From positions 12,524,001 to 12,588,000 of the forward strand of contig OZ281495.1 of NCBI GenBank assembly GCA_965637545.1: DNA of 64,000 bases, in the 5' to 3' direction. Source of the DNA: Phallusia mammillata (Eukaryota). The notes under the pieces were generated by a model, which was not told where the DNA came from, ran no database searches, and was given only the letters and a program-made list of their open reading frames with translations. The position numbers and the translations under genes are program-made. This document shows, piece by piece, positions 36,101 to 48,000 of the stretch (its first letter is position 1; every line of letters begins with the position of its first letter).

Positions 36101-37485
36101 TAGCGTACAAAATTATTTGTTTTGCAGCAACCTTCGGGAATCGGGCAGAGGCCACGTCCACAGAGTCAGGACGACGGAGCGAGAGCATCCAGGTTTATCC
36201 AACGAACACCCGACTCATCAAAGGGAAGAAAGGAACAAGATTGTTCGGGATGGAGAAAACAACCAAAGTCACTCAACTTCAGGTAAAACATACGTTGAAA
36301 TTAGGACAAGAATTTGCCAAGCTACATTTTATGATGTTTTTTCATTTTTTAGCTCTTCCAGGTTCTTCAGTTGTTTTAACTACGCCCTTAATGCTTAAAC
36401 AGTCCAATTAAAAAAAATACTGCTTCATTCTTTTTCGACAATCTGGTGGATTTTAACTTTTTGCTTTTGTTGAACACAAACAGTGGTCGCGGTCAGTTCG
36501 GTGACGCGAGGTCACGTGGTTCTTCGTCATCGCCACGAAACCGAGGATCGACTCCGGTGTTTTCCCCGACAAACAAAAAGCGAAGTAAGAGTTTGATTTT
36601 TGCATCGCTGATCTCGAAAAAACCTAATTTCACCTTGGAAGTTTTCATTGCCTGGAAGTTTGGGTTTTGGGTGAAGTTTTTAATCCCTAATTGTTTTAGA
36701 TTTAAACGACAGAAAAGACGGAAAATATTTCGTTGTGACTTTGGACTCGATGTCAGATCTAAGAAAATGTCAGGTCTGTACTTAACTTTCAAAAAAATCT
36801 GTTTTTTATGAATTCGTATCATTAGACATTGGATGCTTATACTCGTTTTATAATTTAAACAGAAAGAAAGCACGCTTATTTCATCTGACAAGGTGAAGTC
36901 GATACTGAGCAAATCGGGAAAAGACGTTTTCGCGTTTTTCGCAGTTTGCGGGTTCGCCCAACTTCAGGTACAAATACCATGCTTCTGTTGAAATAGATTA
37001 ATCCAACGTTCAGCTTATTTTGTGCTTTAATATTGACTCAATTTTTATTTATGTTTTTTTGTGTAAGTAGCCAATACATCCATTTTTGATTTATCACACC
37101 CTCAAATGACTCTTATATTTAACGGTTCTAAGTTGGTTTAAATTGACGCTGGCAGTTACAGAGTTTACTCAATGCAGGGTTGTGGCAAACTTCAGCCCAG
37201 CAGCGGCGGGGAAGTGAAAGTCACGTGGGTAAAGACGTCACCACTCGTCCGTGCCATCAACCAATCAGCGTGGAAGGAAAAAAGCAAGGCGGGTTGTGAA
37301 CGGTTACAGGTAGGATATGCATGGTTTGAACGCTTTTGTGTGTAGTGCAAAGTGTTGGTCATGTGCTTTTAACTTAGCCTAAACTGCTTCGACTGCTGCA
37401 GTGTATAGGACATATCCCTGGCAATGAGTATAGAGAAAAATGTAAGGTGTTTCATAAGAAATTGGAGATACAACGCTATGCGTAA
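15177..37485 (+). CDS. YTHDC2: YTHDC2 3'-5' RNA helicase (R3H, DEAH core with ankyrin insertion, HA2/OB, divergent YTH)
   Basis: ATG 15177 [25 protein letters not shown]; R3[16 protein letters not shown]; [10 protein letters not shown]; TQPRRISA; exon 25228-25330 [11 protein letters not shown]; DEVH; MSAA; ankyrin [16 protein letters not shown]; FLPGYDDI; STNIAE; QRKGRAGR. About 33 exons; the last exon 37402-37485 is the least certain. Confidence 0.93.
16173..16218 (+). ncRNA. Minimal hammerhead-like motif of Penelope-like-element type, followed by AATAAA, in YTHDC2 intron 16104-16272
   Basis: CC-CUGAUGA-A-GACG-A-CCU(GUAU)AGG-A-CGUC-GAAACGUC-GG-AAUAAA. Helix III is reduced to palindromic ACGU and helix I is only 2 bp. 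Confidence 0.65.
16416..18060. mobile_element. Non-autonomous hAT element (1645 bp) containing a LINE fragment
   Basis: TIRs CACTGGCGTAGAGT / ACTCTACGCCTATG; exact 8-bp TSD GTAAAGAG (16408-16415, 18061-18068); GCGCACCCCCGG subterminal motif at both ends; no transposase ORF. Confidence 0.88.
16900..17600 (-). mobile_element. 5'-truncated CR1/L2-group LINE: ORF2 C-terminus plus 3'UTR
   Basis: ORF 17205-17666 ends in [47 protein letters not shown], the typical C-terminal pattern of CR1/L2/Crack ORF2. Minus-strand AATAAA near 16930. Boundaries approximate. Confidence 0.7.
19266..24837 (-). CDS. TRIM protein: RING, B-box1, B-box2, coiled coil, Pro-rich linker, NHL-like beta-propeller (TRIM2/3/56-like); nested in YTHDC2 intron 18678-25227
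   Basis: ATG 24837 [47 protein letters not shown]; [20 protein letters not shown]; [24 protein letters not shown]; NHL repeats such as [20 protein letters not shown] and [18 protein letters not shown]. Confidence 0.9.
22166..22343. mobile_element. Tc1/mariner (pogo/Tigger-like) MITE
   Basis: TIRs CAGTAAACCT / AGGTTTACTG flanked by TA on both sides. Confidence 0.75.
22996..23117. repeat. Minisatellite, about 5 copies of a ~25-bp unit AGATTATTCTTTTTTATTTCAAATT
   Basis: Read directly; lies in a TRIM intron. Confidence 0.9.
27000..27025. mobile_element. Isolated terminal hairpin of the Helentron-like family seen at 56857-58096
   Basis: TTATGGGTCCCCTTCCCTGAAGGGGA is the reverse complement of 58071-58096. 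Confidence 0.6.
28358..28696. mobile_element. TIR MITE with apparent 6-bp TSD
   Basis: TIRs CAGGGTTCCCGC / GCGGGAACCCTG; TATTAA on both sides (28352-28357, 28697-28702); internal CCTGGAAA and ATGGAATTT repeats. Confidence 0.85.
29616..29872 (+). mobile_element. tRNA-derived SINE
   Basis: A-box-like TGGACGAGCGG, B-box-like GAGTTCTAATCC, then a GCAAGAAACTT core-like motif and an A-rich tail. Confidence 0.6.
33044..33411. mobile_element. hAT (Ac-like) MITE
   Basis: TIRs CAGGGAGTCGAACCGC / GCGGTATTGACTCCCTC; 8-bp TSD ATTTTAAT (33036-33043, 33412-33419); many GGTTCG subterminal motifs. Confidence 0.8.
33628..34608. mobile_element. Helentron-associated (DINE/HINE-like) element with diverged internal tandem repeats
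   Basis: Left end has the inverted pair CTATTGTTTAC..GTAACAATAG after a T-run. Right end GTGTGGGGACCCATGAGTTT is the reverse complement of the left end of 56857-58096. Two to three diverged internal repeats; no TSD. Confidence 0.6.
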
Positions 37486-37624
37486 TTTTTTGTGCGGTCG
37501 ACGCCGTTATTTTTGGCATCGCATCTGGTTACCGCTTTTTTCGTCGCTGCATACGGACATTGTGTAAAATAAAAGTAGATTTTAGTAGGTTGAGTAACTG
37601 TTTGCGTCTAATTTGTTAACTGTG

Positions 37625-37826
37625 TGGTTTTATTAACTCTGTTTGATATACAACTACTAGCGTCTAGTCAAACCAAGGTACACACCGTTGCAGGAAATAG
37701 AAGAGTCGTTTGCCAAATCACTCATGCAGGCTTGGGAAAGTCAGACAAGGACCCCAGCGAGCTCGACGGCGCCCTCTCGTGGTTCGCCAGTAGGTCCTCA
37801 GCGCTAACAACACGGCCACACGTGGC
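37625..37826 (-). mobile_element. Degenerate tRNA-derived SINE
   Basis: Minus strand GCCACGTGTGGCCGTGTTGTTAGCGC (A-box-like head) and a degenerate B-box GTCGAGCTCGCTGG; 3' boundary approximate. Confidence 0.45.
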
Positions 37827-38432
37827 TGTAAATTGAATCACTGTGTTCCAATTTATTGTTGTTCCTGTTTCGTTTTAGATGTTTAAAATCGTTCATGTTG
37901 CAATGGTTCCTTCCAAAAAAGTTCTAAGTTGTTCCTATTCCTGGATTATCTTGTTTCAGCAACTCATTTCAGATAGTATGGTAGTTACTATCCATTACTT
38001 TTAGCTGTTGTTAACCTGTCTGACAAGCATTATAATTAGGCCTCGACCAGAACGCACTGTTTGTGCGGTTGCAATATGGACACTTTTTTAAAGTATGATT
38101 TGTTGAGTTGAGACACACACCTAAGTGGTACATTGGAATGGGTTAGCATGTTCAAGTTGCGTCCATGACGAGAAGCAGAAAACATCACACAGTTGCTTGC
38201 TAAAACTGGCGAGTTTGCAATTACCAATTGCAAATGTTTTAAAAATCAAAATCAGGGACAAATCAGTTTCAGATTAAATTTTTGACTCATCTGTCACGTA
38301 ATATATGCGACGTAATTATAACTCGACCTTACGTCGATTAAAGTCAGATGTTTTTCCGTCGTGTCAAGATTAAAATCTCACTAATGATACTATGGATTTT
38401 GCTTGAGTACGTACCATGTAATGCATGTCGAC

Positions 38433-38732
38433 GTGGGGTGGACAACCTGCGGCCTTTCATTAAAGCTTGTGCGGCCCACAGAGACGCTTGGATTTTAAAA
38501 GTACTGGCAAACGAGTCCAATTGTTACATAGTTTTGAGCTGATTAATGAGTCTTATGCTAGTTTTCTGCGGTCTGGCAAAATGTGGCTAGAATCAAATAC
38601 GAATTATACTTGTAGTTAAGCATATTTGGTAAGAAACAAAGCAAATCACTTTGTGTGATGAACATGTGCGGCCCTCGATCCAATTTTGACATTTATAATT
38701 GGCCCTACAGTAGCAAAGGTTGCCCACCCCTG
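38433..38732. mobile_element. Degenerate hAT-Charlie MITE
   Basis: GGGGTGGACAACCT / AGGTTGCCCACCCCTG ends with GCGGCCC subterminal motifs; TSD not preserved. Confidence 0.65.
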
Positions 38733-39088
38733 ACGTAAAGAATTCCTTACGGAAGGCACAACTTCTGCAATTTAAACTTATTGGTCTTATTCTTTGCAAA
38801 AAGCCTCACTCCAATTAATTAACGTAATAATGATTCGTCGACATTTCGCACAGCACAAAAAACTTGTTCGTCACAGTTTTATTTTTGAAGAGTTGGAACC
38901 GCAATAACACAGTTGCAAGTTAAATAGGAAAAACCCCAAATTCAGTCAGTACGAAAGGCGCGCGCAGCGAGAAAACAACGAAAGGAAATTTCAACCCGGC
39001 ATTTCATGGGACTGGAATATTGCACGAAAATAAAACGCAAACTGAAGGAATACTGCACTGGCGCAGATGGGCGGGGCGGGGGTGTGTC

Positions 39089-42000
39089 TCACGGCAGAGC
39101 ATCCACTGACGTAAAGCTTTCGAACGATGACGCGTCACTGACGGAGGTCACGTGATTGCTGGATGTCCACGTGTCACTTTCGTCACCCTGTGTTGGGAAT
39201 AAAGGTTAAAAACTAATTGTAACTGTCTATGAACTATTTTGGTAAAACTTAAAAACTGACAACACTAAGCACATGCCTAAAATGTAACTTGACCAAAAAC
39301 ATTATGTCCATACGGCTTGTATGTGATCAATACATTCCCATTATTTTTCTATTTAGGATACACATTTTTGTCTGGGGCAACTCGCTACTTTTAAACCATG
39401 TATTTAATTCCCTGATTAGTTAAAATGGCCACAATCCTACTCCCGTAAATATGTGTGTAGTTTAAAATACCTTTCCGTCTTCCGCCGTCTCAATGAGATC
39501 CTCACCCACCATACGAGAATCCAGTTGACCGTTTGATAACGTTGGCCGGTCTTTTAGGAATTCTGTTGTGAAGTCCTTCATAGAACCGAAAAGTTGTTGA
39601 GAATATGCGAGTTTTTTGTTGCCAGCACACATTATATTGTACTTACGTTTTCGACAACTATTGACGGTTTCAGATGCTCAGGTGAAGGAATTCGTTCAGC
39701 TACAAAAAATGCTGTCGGTTAAAGGACTTTATAAACTATACTTTCGCGAAGAAAAAAACAAGCCACAGAAAAACATGTATTGAGTACTCCATAAGCTGCA
39801 CGTCCATTTTAAAAACATTTGTGGTTTGTAAGCTTTTTTGGTAGTTTACCTCTAGGCCTACTCTTTACACCAAAGGGTCAAACCAAATTGATACAGTTCA
39901 CAAAAAACTTACTTTTCTGAGAGTTATTTTGCGTTACGGCGGAAGTTTCGTTTTTCTTCTGCGCTGAAGAATTGGTGACCACATCCATGTTTTTCTGCAA
40001 TACACAATATCAATGTAACAAAAACACCACACATTTTACAACCCTGTACCGCAAACGGGTCTTACCCGTCTTAAAATTTTGTCTTTGCCTTTGCCCATCG
40101 AAGCAGAGCGAGTTAGGGACGAAGCTTTTTTCTTTAAAGTCTCCTTAGCCGAACTGGTCGACGACGATTTGCTTTTCGTTTTCGCGTGATCTTCGGTTCC
40201 ATCAGGAGTTTTCGATTTTTTGGTGCTCTGGTTTCGTTTCACCTTTCCAGGGACTTTTTCTTCTTCACCAAACAAAGAAGACAGTTTAAAACCAACTTTT
40301 AGTGACATATTCACATATCTTACATCGATCACTATACAAAAACAACTTTTAAAAATATACGTCCCAAGAAAGTTTGCATTGAAATTTATAAATTTATTCA
40401 ATACCCTGATTTTATACCAAATGTGTTCACTAGAAATTACAAAATACTTCGGATTTTTCTTTTAGTGTAACTAAAAAAGTTTGTTTTGTGTACTGTGCGT
40501 TTACAGCTAGGTGAACGAGGTTAAAAAGTAAAGTTACAGGGGTCAGCTGAAGATACCTATCCACAACGTATGTAAATTAAAAAATGTTTGAACCACTTCT
40601 GTTTGGCCTAACGTGAAAGACAAAACGGTATCAAACCCCAAAAAATACAAAACTAGAACGGTAATATAACAATACATATCCCTTTCATGGAAGGAACATT
40701 ACACTCACCTGGTTTACGTGGTTCAGGCGGGGTGGTGGTGCTCTTAGGTTGGCATGACAATGCTTTCTTTACCTCGCGCACCCACTCTTGCTTAATTGAA
40801 GCGGTTGGTGCAGCAAGGGTATAGACGTCCTCCCTGCCGTGATACCAAATTTCGAACTTTCTCGGGTCTGCTTTGATGTTTTCGGTCACACCGACCGCAT
40901 TCATCTATGTTGAAAAAAACATGGTTTCAAGCCGTTTTGTAAATAAGTCGAACAGCGCCATTCTCAAAGCGGGTTGCAAGGCAAGTTATTACATAGTTGC
41001 TTAATAACAATAAACAATTGTAGCAATCGTGTTTTATCAGCTGATAAGACAGGTTACGTCGAAATATGCTGATAATATGAAGATTGATTGTTCATTGATT
41101 GCCCAATGTCAAAAGTCACCGTTTTTTAGTATGGGTATTTTTCTAAATCTGTTTAAATTTAGGTCAAGTCCGTTTAACACTATTGGTTAACTTTGTCATT
41201 GCAACGCAGTTAGAAAGCTAAAGAAACATCTGGGATGAAATTAACGTCCCAAAGCTACTTTTCGCTTACTTTTATATTTACCTGTAAGGAATGTTTAAAG
41301 AGGTACACTTGTCCCTTCGTGCCATTTGATTGGCTGCTGGTTGAAGAGGGGACTGTATTTGATGAATCACTTTCCAATGACTCAGCAGTTTGTTGTTTAC
41401 AAAATAAAAACTCTTTCTCGTACAGGAAAAGATGTCGGTGCATGGCTTTGCTGTAATTGAAACACAAATATATAATTTAATGAAAAAGTCATGACAACGA
41501 ACAATTAACATGATGACGTAATGGAAGTGCACTTAGTTAAGAGAAAGTAAAGTTGGAAAAGGTCATTGGGAAATTTCCCCACTTTCGGTCACGCCGATTT
41601 CTGACTGGGAAAAGTTTGTCATCGATTTTTTTTTCATTAGTCGTAACGTCTGCAAAGGCGGCGGGAAATTACCAGGAAAACTCCTTTATGTGGTTTAGGA
41701 TGAAAGGAAACATTTACTCATATTTGTAATTACAATAAACTAGTTTACCTGAAACGAGGTCTCGTAAGCGACTTCACACCAGCTTTCTTGTGGTCAACTT
41801 GAACGGAAAATGATCCCTGCATCAGCAGTTTGCCGAGATTGTCAACTTCTCGCTGTCAATACGAAAAAAATACGTTCATTTCTTGCCGTTAAATTCTCCC
41901 AATTGACAAAATACGTTTACATTGACACTATGAGAGCAATTTCTCTAACACTATTGCGGCTAATTGTATTTTTTCAGTTTTACTATCATTTACATAACAT

Positions 42001-45000
42001 TTTGAATTGACTTAGTTTAAAAACAAAATGTAAGTACCGGGAAGCCAACTATAGCGATTTGGTGCATGCTGTCGTTCACGGATTTCAGTATTTCCAGCAT
42101 GGACTGGATTGCTTGTTTGAGCTCATCACTGTCTTTCGATGTGGTGTGTTTCAGCATTTGCTGCAGACAAAACGGTTTTGGTTTATTGGTTGAAAGAATT
42201 TCTTTGGTTCGATGCTTGAGAGGCTCTCTATAGTTAACCTATTGTCCTCGGCTTTTATTTATGGCTAGTTGTTGAAGCCAACCTTGTCTTAGCTTCTGCT
42301 CGATTTCGACAAAGCAAAAAAACACCCGAATTATATTTTGCGCTCTTTGGGATGTTGAAAAGGAGAATATTGTATTTAATGAAAATAAAGTTGCTGTAAC
42401 CATTTGTAGTCGCTTTTGTACATTGGACGGCAGTTTAAGCCAAACCATATAGTAAATGTATATGAGCAGCTTTGTACGTTTGATCTTTCGCAACCAAACA
42501 AATATTTTGACTGGACTCGAGATTTTAGACAAAAGCTGTGTAAATGAATCGATCATATGACACAGCCGTGTGGTTGTTATGATGAAATACAATATGGAAT
42601 AGTTGCATGTTTGAAAATAAAATTATGTGAGCTAACCTGCAGTAGCAGTTGGTACTTGGTAAGTCTCTGTATAGGTTTCAGTAGGTAAGCGCCAAGTGAC
42701 AAACGGTGACCCAACTTTTTCTGGCAGTGAAGAAAGAACGGGTGATGGTCGCCCACCCTTGTACGCAGTTGTTCCGATTTAATGCTGTTTTGACAGTAGT
42801 CCCGGTATATGTGAAATTGCTCCTTCTAAAATTGCACAGTTGTTGTTGACTATGTTGGGTGATAAATAGGTTTTGCTGAAGCGGAAAAGATTGTACATGT
42901 CTACGATTTGCAAGTCTTGTAAAACTATCAATTATTGCTACAAAAGCGCAGTTACTATTCGAACTCCGATAACGATTAAGGCCAACAAATTATATGACTG
43001 TTAAAGCTGGAATAGGTTCTTTAGTTTCCATCGCGCAGAGCCTTGTAGCAAATAAATATTTAGACTTCGTGAAATATATTTTTCTATTTGAATTAGTATT
43101 TTTTTATTTTAATAAAACAACAATAACATATTTGAGCGATTTTTGTATCTTGCACAATATAATACACAAAAGTTTGTTATTACAGTATTGGCTCTGGAGA
43201 TTACAAGTTCAAGATAGTTTATATTAAGAACATACTTGTTGTATAAAGCATTTTCCTATCTTAGTCGGCGTATCCTTGCTTTCCAATAAATCGGTTAGAA
43301 AAACATTTCCATGAAAATTGAAAATATCTTCCATATTTCCGAGCAAAATCCGTGTTTTTCCTTTAAGTTCTTCAGGCACAGGGTAATCGGGATCCTGTGC
43401 ATCGATGGCTTTACCGTAACCCTATGGTAATAAATATTTTTGTTGTTTTGTTATCAATCCCTCTATATTTAGTCCAAATCGGATCTCATTTTGTGTTGTA
43501 AACAAAGTTGAGTTGAGACATACGACAATTCAAACCTAGTCAGCTTATTGACTTGATTTTCCAGGAAATAAGAATAAAATAAAGCTTTGTCAGTTATGCT
43601 CAAACCGTTATTGTTCTTCCCGTCAAATCCATGACTTCAAGCATCGACATTCATTACAACATTCTATTTTACATGGGTTTAGCAAAAAATGAAAATAACT
43701 TTAGAAACGTAAAAACTCGTTGTAACTATTTGTGTCATTCAGCTAAGTTCGTTAAAAGTTGCCAGTAGTCAATCGCATTTCACAAAAATCGCCTTACCTC
43801 AACTATACTCTCTAGTTCGGCAACGTAAACCTTCTCCGTATGTAGTAGTTCATTCATCACATGTCTAAAAAAATAAAGAGTAGTTGAATTGAATTTAAGT
43901 AGAAAATCTTAAAATTGACTGGAAACTTTTGGGGTGTGAAGGGGGCGTGACTAAAGGGGCAAAACCCAGGAAAAGATAAATTTTACTGCTTTATCCAACA
44001 TGAGCTTTTATTCAATCTGGACATCAGGTGGATTGATTACTTTGTTACTTACTGCTGCTTGACCGTGTGACTTTCTGGGTGTGGCGGGGGCGTGTCCTCG
44101 GGAACTCGGTTTGTGTGAACAGGTGAAGCTCCATGGTTAAGGATCTGTAAAGTATTTTTGGATAAATGCATGGCACGGTTGTTGGAAGTTGTGTTGTTGT
44201 TTTTTTGGTAACTTACTTTGCTTTTTGGGCGTTTTTTACTGATCTGGCCAAAGTAAGCATGAAAAGATACAATGTGGTAAAAAAATGTTAAAAACACATC
44301 CAAAGCATTATCAACATAAGTTTTATTACAGTTAAAAAGAAACTTTTCCTTACCAGTGAGTTTCGTTTTGTTTGCTTTTCTTCAGATTGGTTTGGTTTTG
44401 GTGAAACTCGTGCACTTTGTTGCACTTCCTTAACAACTTTTTTCGATGGCTCTACAAGTTGTACAGGTCTGTCACCATGACGAGTGGTAATTTTCTTCAA
44501 ACTTGACTTTCGCTTTTCACACAACTGAGTGACTTCTTCAAATCGGTGAAGCAGAGACTCAAACATGCCCTAACAGTAAAGATGTCAAATTATTAAACCT
44601 TTTGAAATTTAAAAGCAGTAAAGAATATTTTTTGCTAAGATGATTATCAGTTGGTATTTCAGGCAGTTTTTTAAAAGGTTGTGTGCATGTTTTTTGTCTG
44701 TTAGTTTAACTTTTATCATTGGTATACAACATTCGACTGAATTGTGCTTATTATTTTTTAAACATCAGTTGTTCCATTTCCAATGCAGTAAAACCTTTTT
44801 CGTGTAATTGAATTTGAACAAAAATAAATCAAAAAAAATCTGCACAGAAGGCAACTGACATATATCTGATGAAATAAAATTATCAACCCATTAAGGCATT
44901 GCAAATTAGAACACAATTGCCACTTTTTAGGGTCTGGCTTTCGGTGGTTTAATTGTTTTTTTCTTTATCAAATTCAAGAACAACCATTAATAATTAATGT

Positions 45001-48000
45001 ACAGAAGGGAGCACTGGCAAAGTCAGCAAACTCATTAATAATTTATCACACAACATATGGTGTGGATCGAAACACTCTGAGGTAACATGAAAAAATTATG
45101 CTAAAACAACACCAGACCTCGAATTCCGGGCACCATGCTGCATCAAATTCAGTTTTTAAATCATTATGTTGTTTTCCTGAGTATGGACTGCCTTCTTCTT
45201 TAAAGAATCGCTGAAGATCGTTAAGAGCTTGCTCTGCACCATCAACGCTTGTTGTTTTTTCAACCAACTGGCCCGCCAGGATGCTCATGCCTTGCTCACA
45301 CCATTCACTCCACTGAAATGTTTACATATTTTAGTATCACAACAAATATGCACCCTTTATGTTCTAATTTAGTAGGAAAAAAAATTTAATCTTTCTTCTT
45401 TCCCCCACAAAGAAATAAATAAGTTTTAGCCAAGCTTTTAAACATGTGGAGTCAATACCTATATTAAATCCTATTGTAACAAAGTCTCGAAATAAATTGT
45501 TTCAAATCATTCGCATACTTTGTTTCTTTCCAAAATGAAGATAAGGGACTGGTGAAGGCACTTCTCACGTTGCGCAAATAATTTAACAAGTTGTGTTCCC
45601 ACTGACTGTAGTTCATCCTTCTTCGGACCAATACTATCCACTGCATAATGCTCATCACCTAACAATGTTTCACCACTTGCCACCACTGTTGCATTGCGAT
45701 TGAGAAGATTCTGGAAAATATTTAATTTTTGATGTGTATTTTTGTTTGCAGAAATGCTTACTATGTTTCAGTAGGTTTAATAAATAGCTTTTTAACAAGG
45801 AAACTGTATGGATGGCAGCGGCTACCTTTAAATTGTTTTGCTTTGTTTCTAATTCTGTCATCATAGCTTCAATCCATTCAACACTGCTTCCAACATTCTG
45901 TGTTTGCTCCTCGATCCATTGTAAATTGCCTTCAAGTGATCCTCGAAGATCCCGATAATCCTGTTAAGGACAATAGCAAAGTTTTCAGTCTGGTGCAAAT
46001 TGGTTCTGCCATGCACTTGCTTTTAAATGAAATTGCATGCTTAACTACATTCATTGCCATTGATCTTTAATTTCAATTGTCCATGTTATTTTGGTCTTGC
46101 AAATTTCCAGAAAGCTTAGTATAAAAAACTGTTATGAAGCCACATTTTTCATTGTCAAACTGTGTTTACACACTTGAGGCAATGTTCATAGACTTTGCCC
46201 GAACTTGTATAGATAACTTTCTTTGGGAGGTATATAAACTGCACTGCAAACAAAACAGGGCAAGTAACGTGACAAAAATGTAATTGCCATGTAAATATAT
46301 CTTTAATTTTAAGACTTTCTGTGTTTACATTCAGGGTTGAGCTTAGTGTTTAATGTAAAGCTTGTGAATGAAAAGCTAACATATGTACGTGCCTGTTCAA
46401 ATTGACGAAGTTGTAGACATTGCTTCAGTTTAGTAACATGCCTTTCCCAGAATTTTTCAAATGCAACATCCGTTTCTTCAATTAGGGATAGAAAACTGGT
46501 AACACATCAAACATAACAGTTATCATTTTGATTTTGTCCATCAATCAAAAGTTGTCAAAACCTTGTGATTATCACTAGCTTTTCAAACTGATTATGACTG
46601 AAGTCATTTTTATTGTACCTTTTTAGTGCATCCATTAGGGATGACTTTAAAAAGTCCGACTCATTGTGCATAGAGTCGGCAATTATGCTTCCACCACATG
46701 AAGATGTGACATTGACTCGTAATGCAACAGCTTCTTTCATCAGATTTTCAATTTGTTGCTGCAATCAATATTTTGCATTGATGTAATAATAGAATATTCA
46801 AAGGTCACGTTTTTAAAACCACACACCTTTAGGGATGTTGTCTTGGAGTTTTGAACGTGCAGCAAAGATTCTGTTGAACTGATATCATTGGGCATTTCAG
46901 TTTCTGCTAGTTCTGTTCCATATTTTATCAGTGATTCACTGAAGCTTATAGCATCACCAGTAAAGCTTTCAATCATCTGTAAAAACATGCACTATTAGAT
47001 TCTGTTATACAGTAGTTCAATAGTAACATACCATTCTGTTTTTAATGAACGTTTGATGATCATATTGAAAACTGCCACCAAATTCAGCTGGTAATTGACT
47101 AGGATTGATATAGTTGTACAGTTCATCCAATCCAGACAGCATGGTCACCTAAATCAAAAGAACATTTCTGTTTTTGCTGATGGGGATCATGTAAAAGTTA
47201 GGTGAATTTAAAACCTACCGGTACCTTCATGGAAAGTTCATCACGTTGCCATCGAAACCCAATATCTGACATCGCACCTTGAAGAAAGCCGATTGGTCTA
47301 AGTACAAGCACCATTCGAATAAACCCAGGAAAATAACTCTAAAAACAAATATACATAAACTTAAATCTTAAACATAGATTACATAATAATGCAAAGTACA
47401 ATGTTTTGAACGACTTGTGTTCATACTGCATCTGTATAGTATTTTCAAACATGGATTAAAATTTAGAATAAATACTCACAGCAAATCTTTGTAGTGTAGC
47501 ACGCAAAGCTGACCATTTTTCTTTTCTTCTGTCAATAAGCAGCACAAATCCCACATCGGCTATGCATGCACTAAAAAACATTGAAGCAAAACTTTTTAAC
47601 AATTTGTTAAAGGGAAAATGCAAACATTTCCAAACAATAAAATTGTCACAACTATTGAACTACAATATTACTGTCATATTTATGTTGTCTTAGACTTAGC
47701 CTATATCACAATAAATCAATTAGCATACCTGACAATAGTCGTCAAATATAAAATAACACTGTTAAAATCTTCATTGGTAACATCGCGCAGTTGTGGGTAA
47801 TGTGGCAGACATATGATTGGTGCTTCAGAAACATCTCGACCACCATGCATAAAGGCATAACAACATGAAAGTTGATGAGACAATTTTTGTGCTGAAATTT
47901 CAGGTGAACTTGGAAGTGCAGAGGGGAAAGTGAGTGATTCTAAACAGAAACAAAATGTTTACTGTAAACACAATATAAAATACATTACTATAAAAACAAT

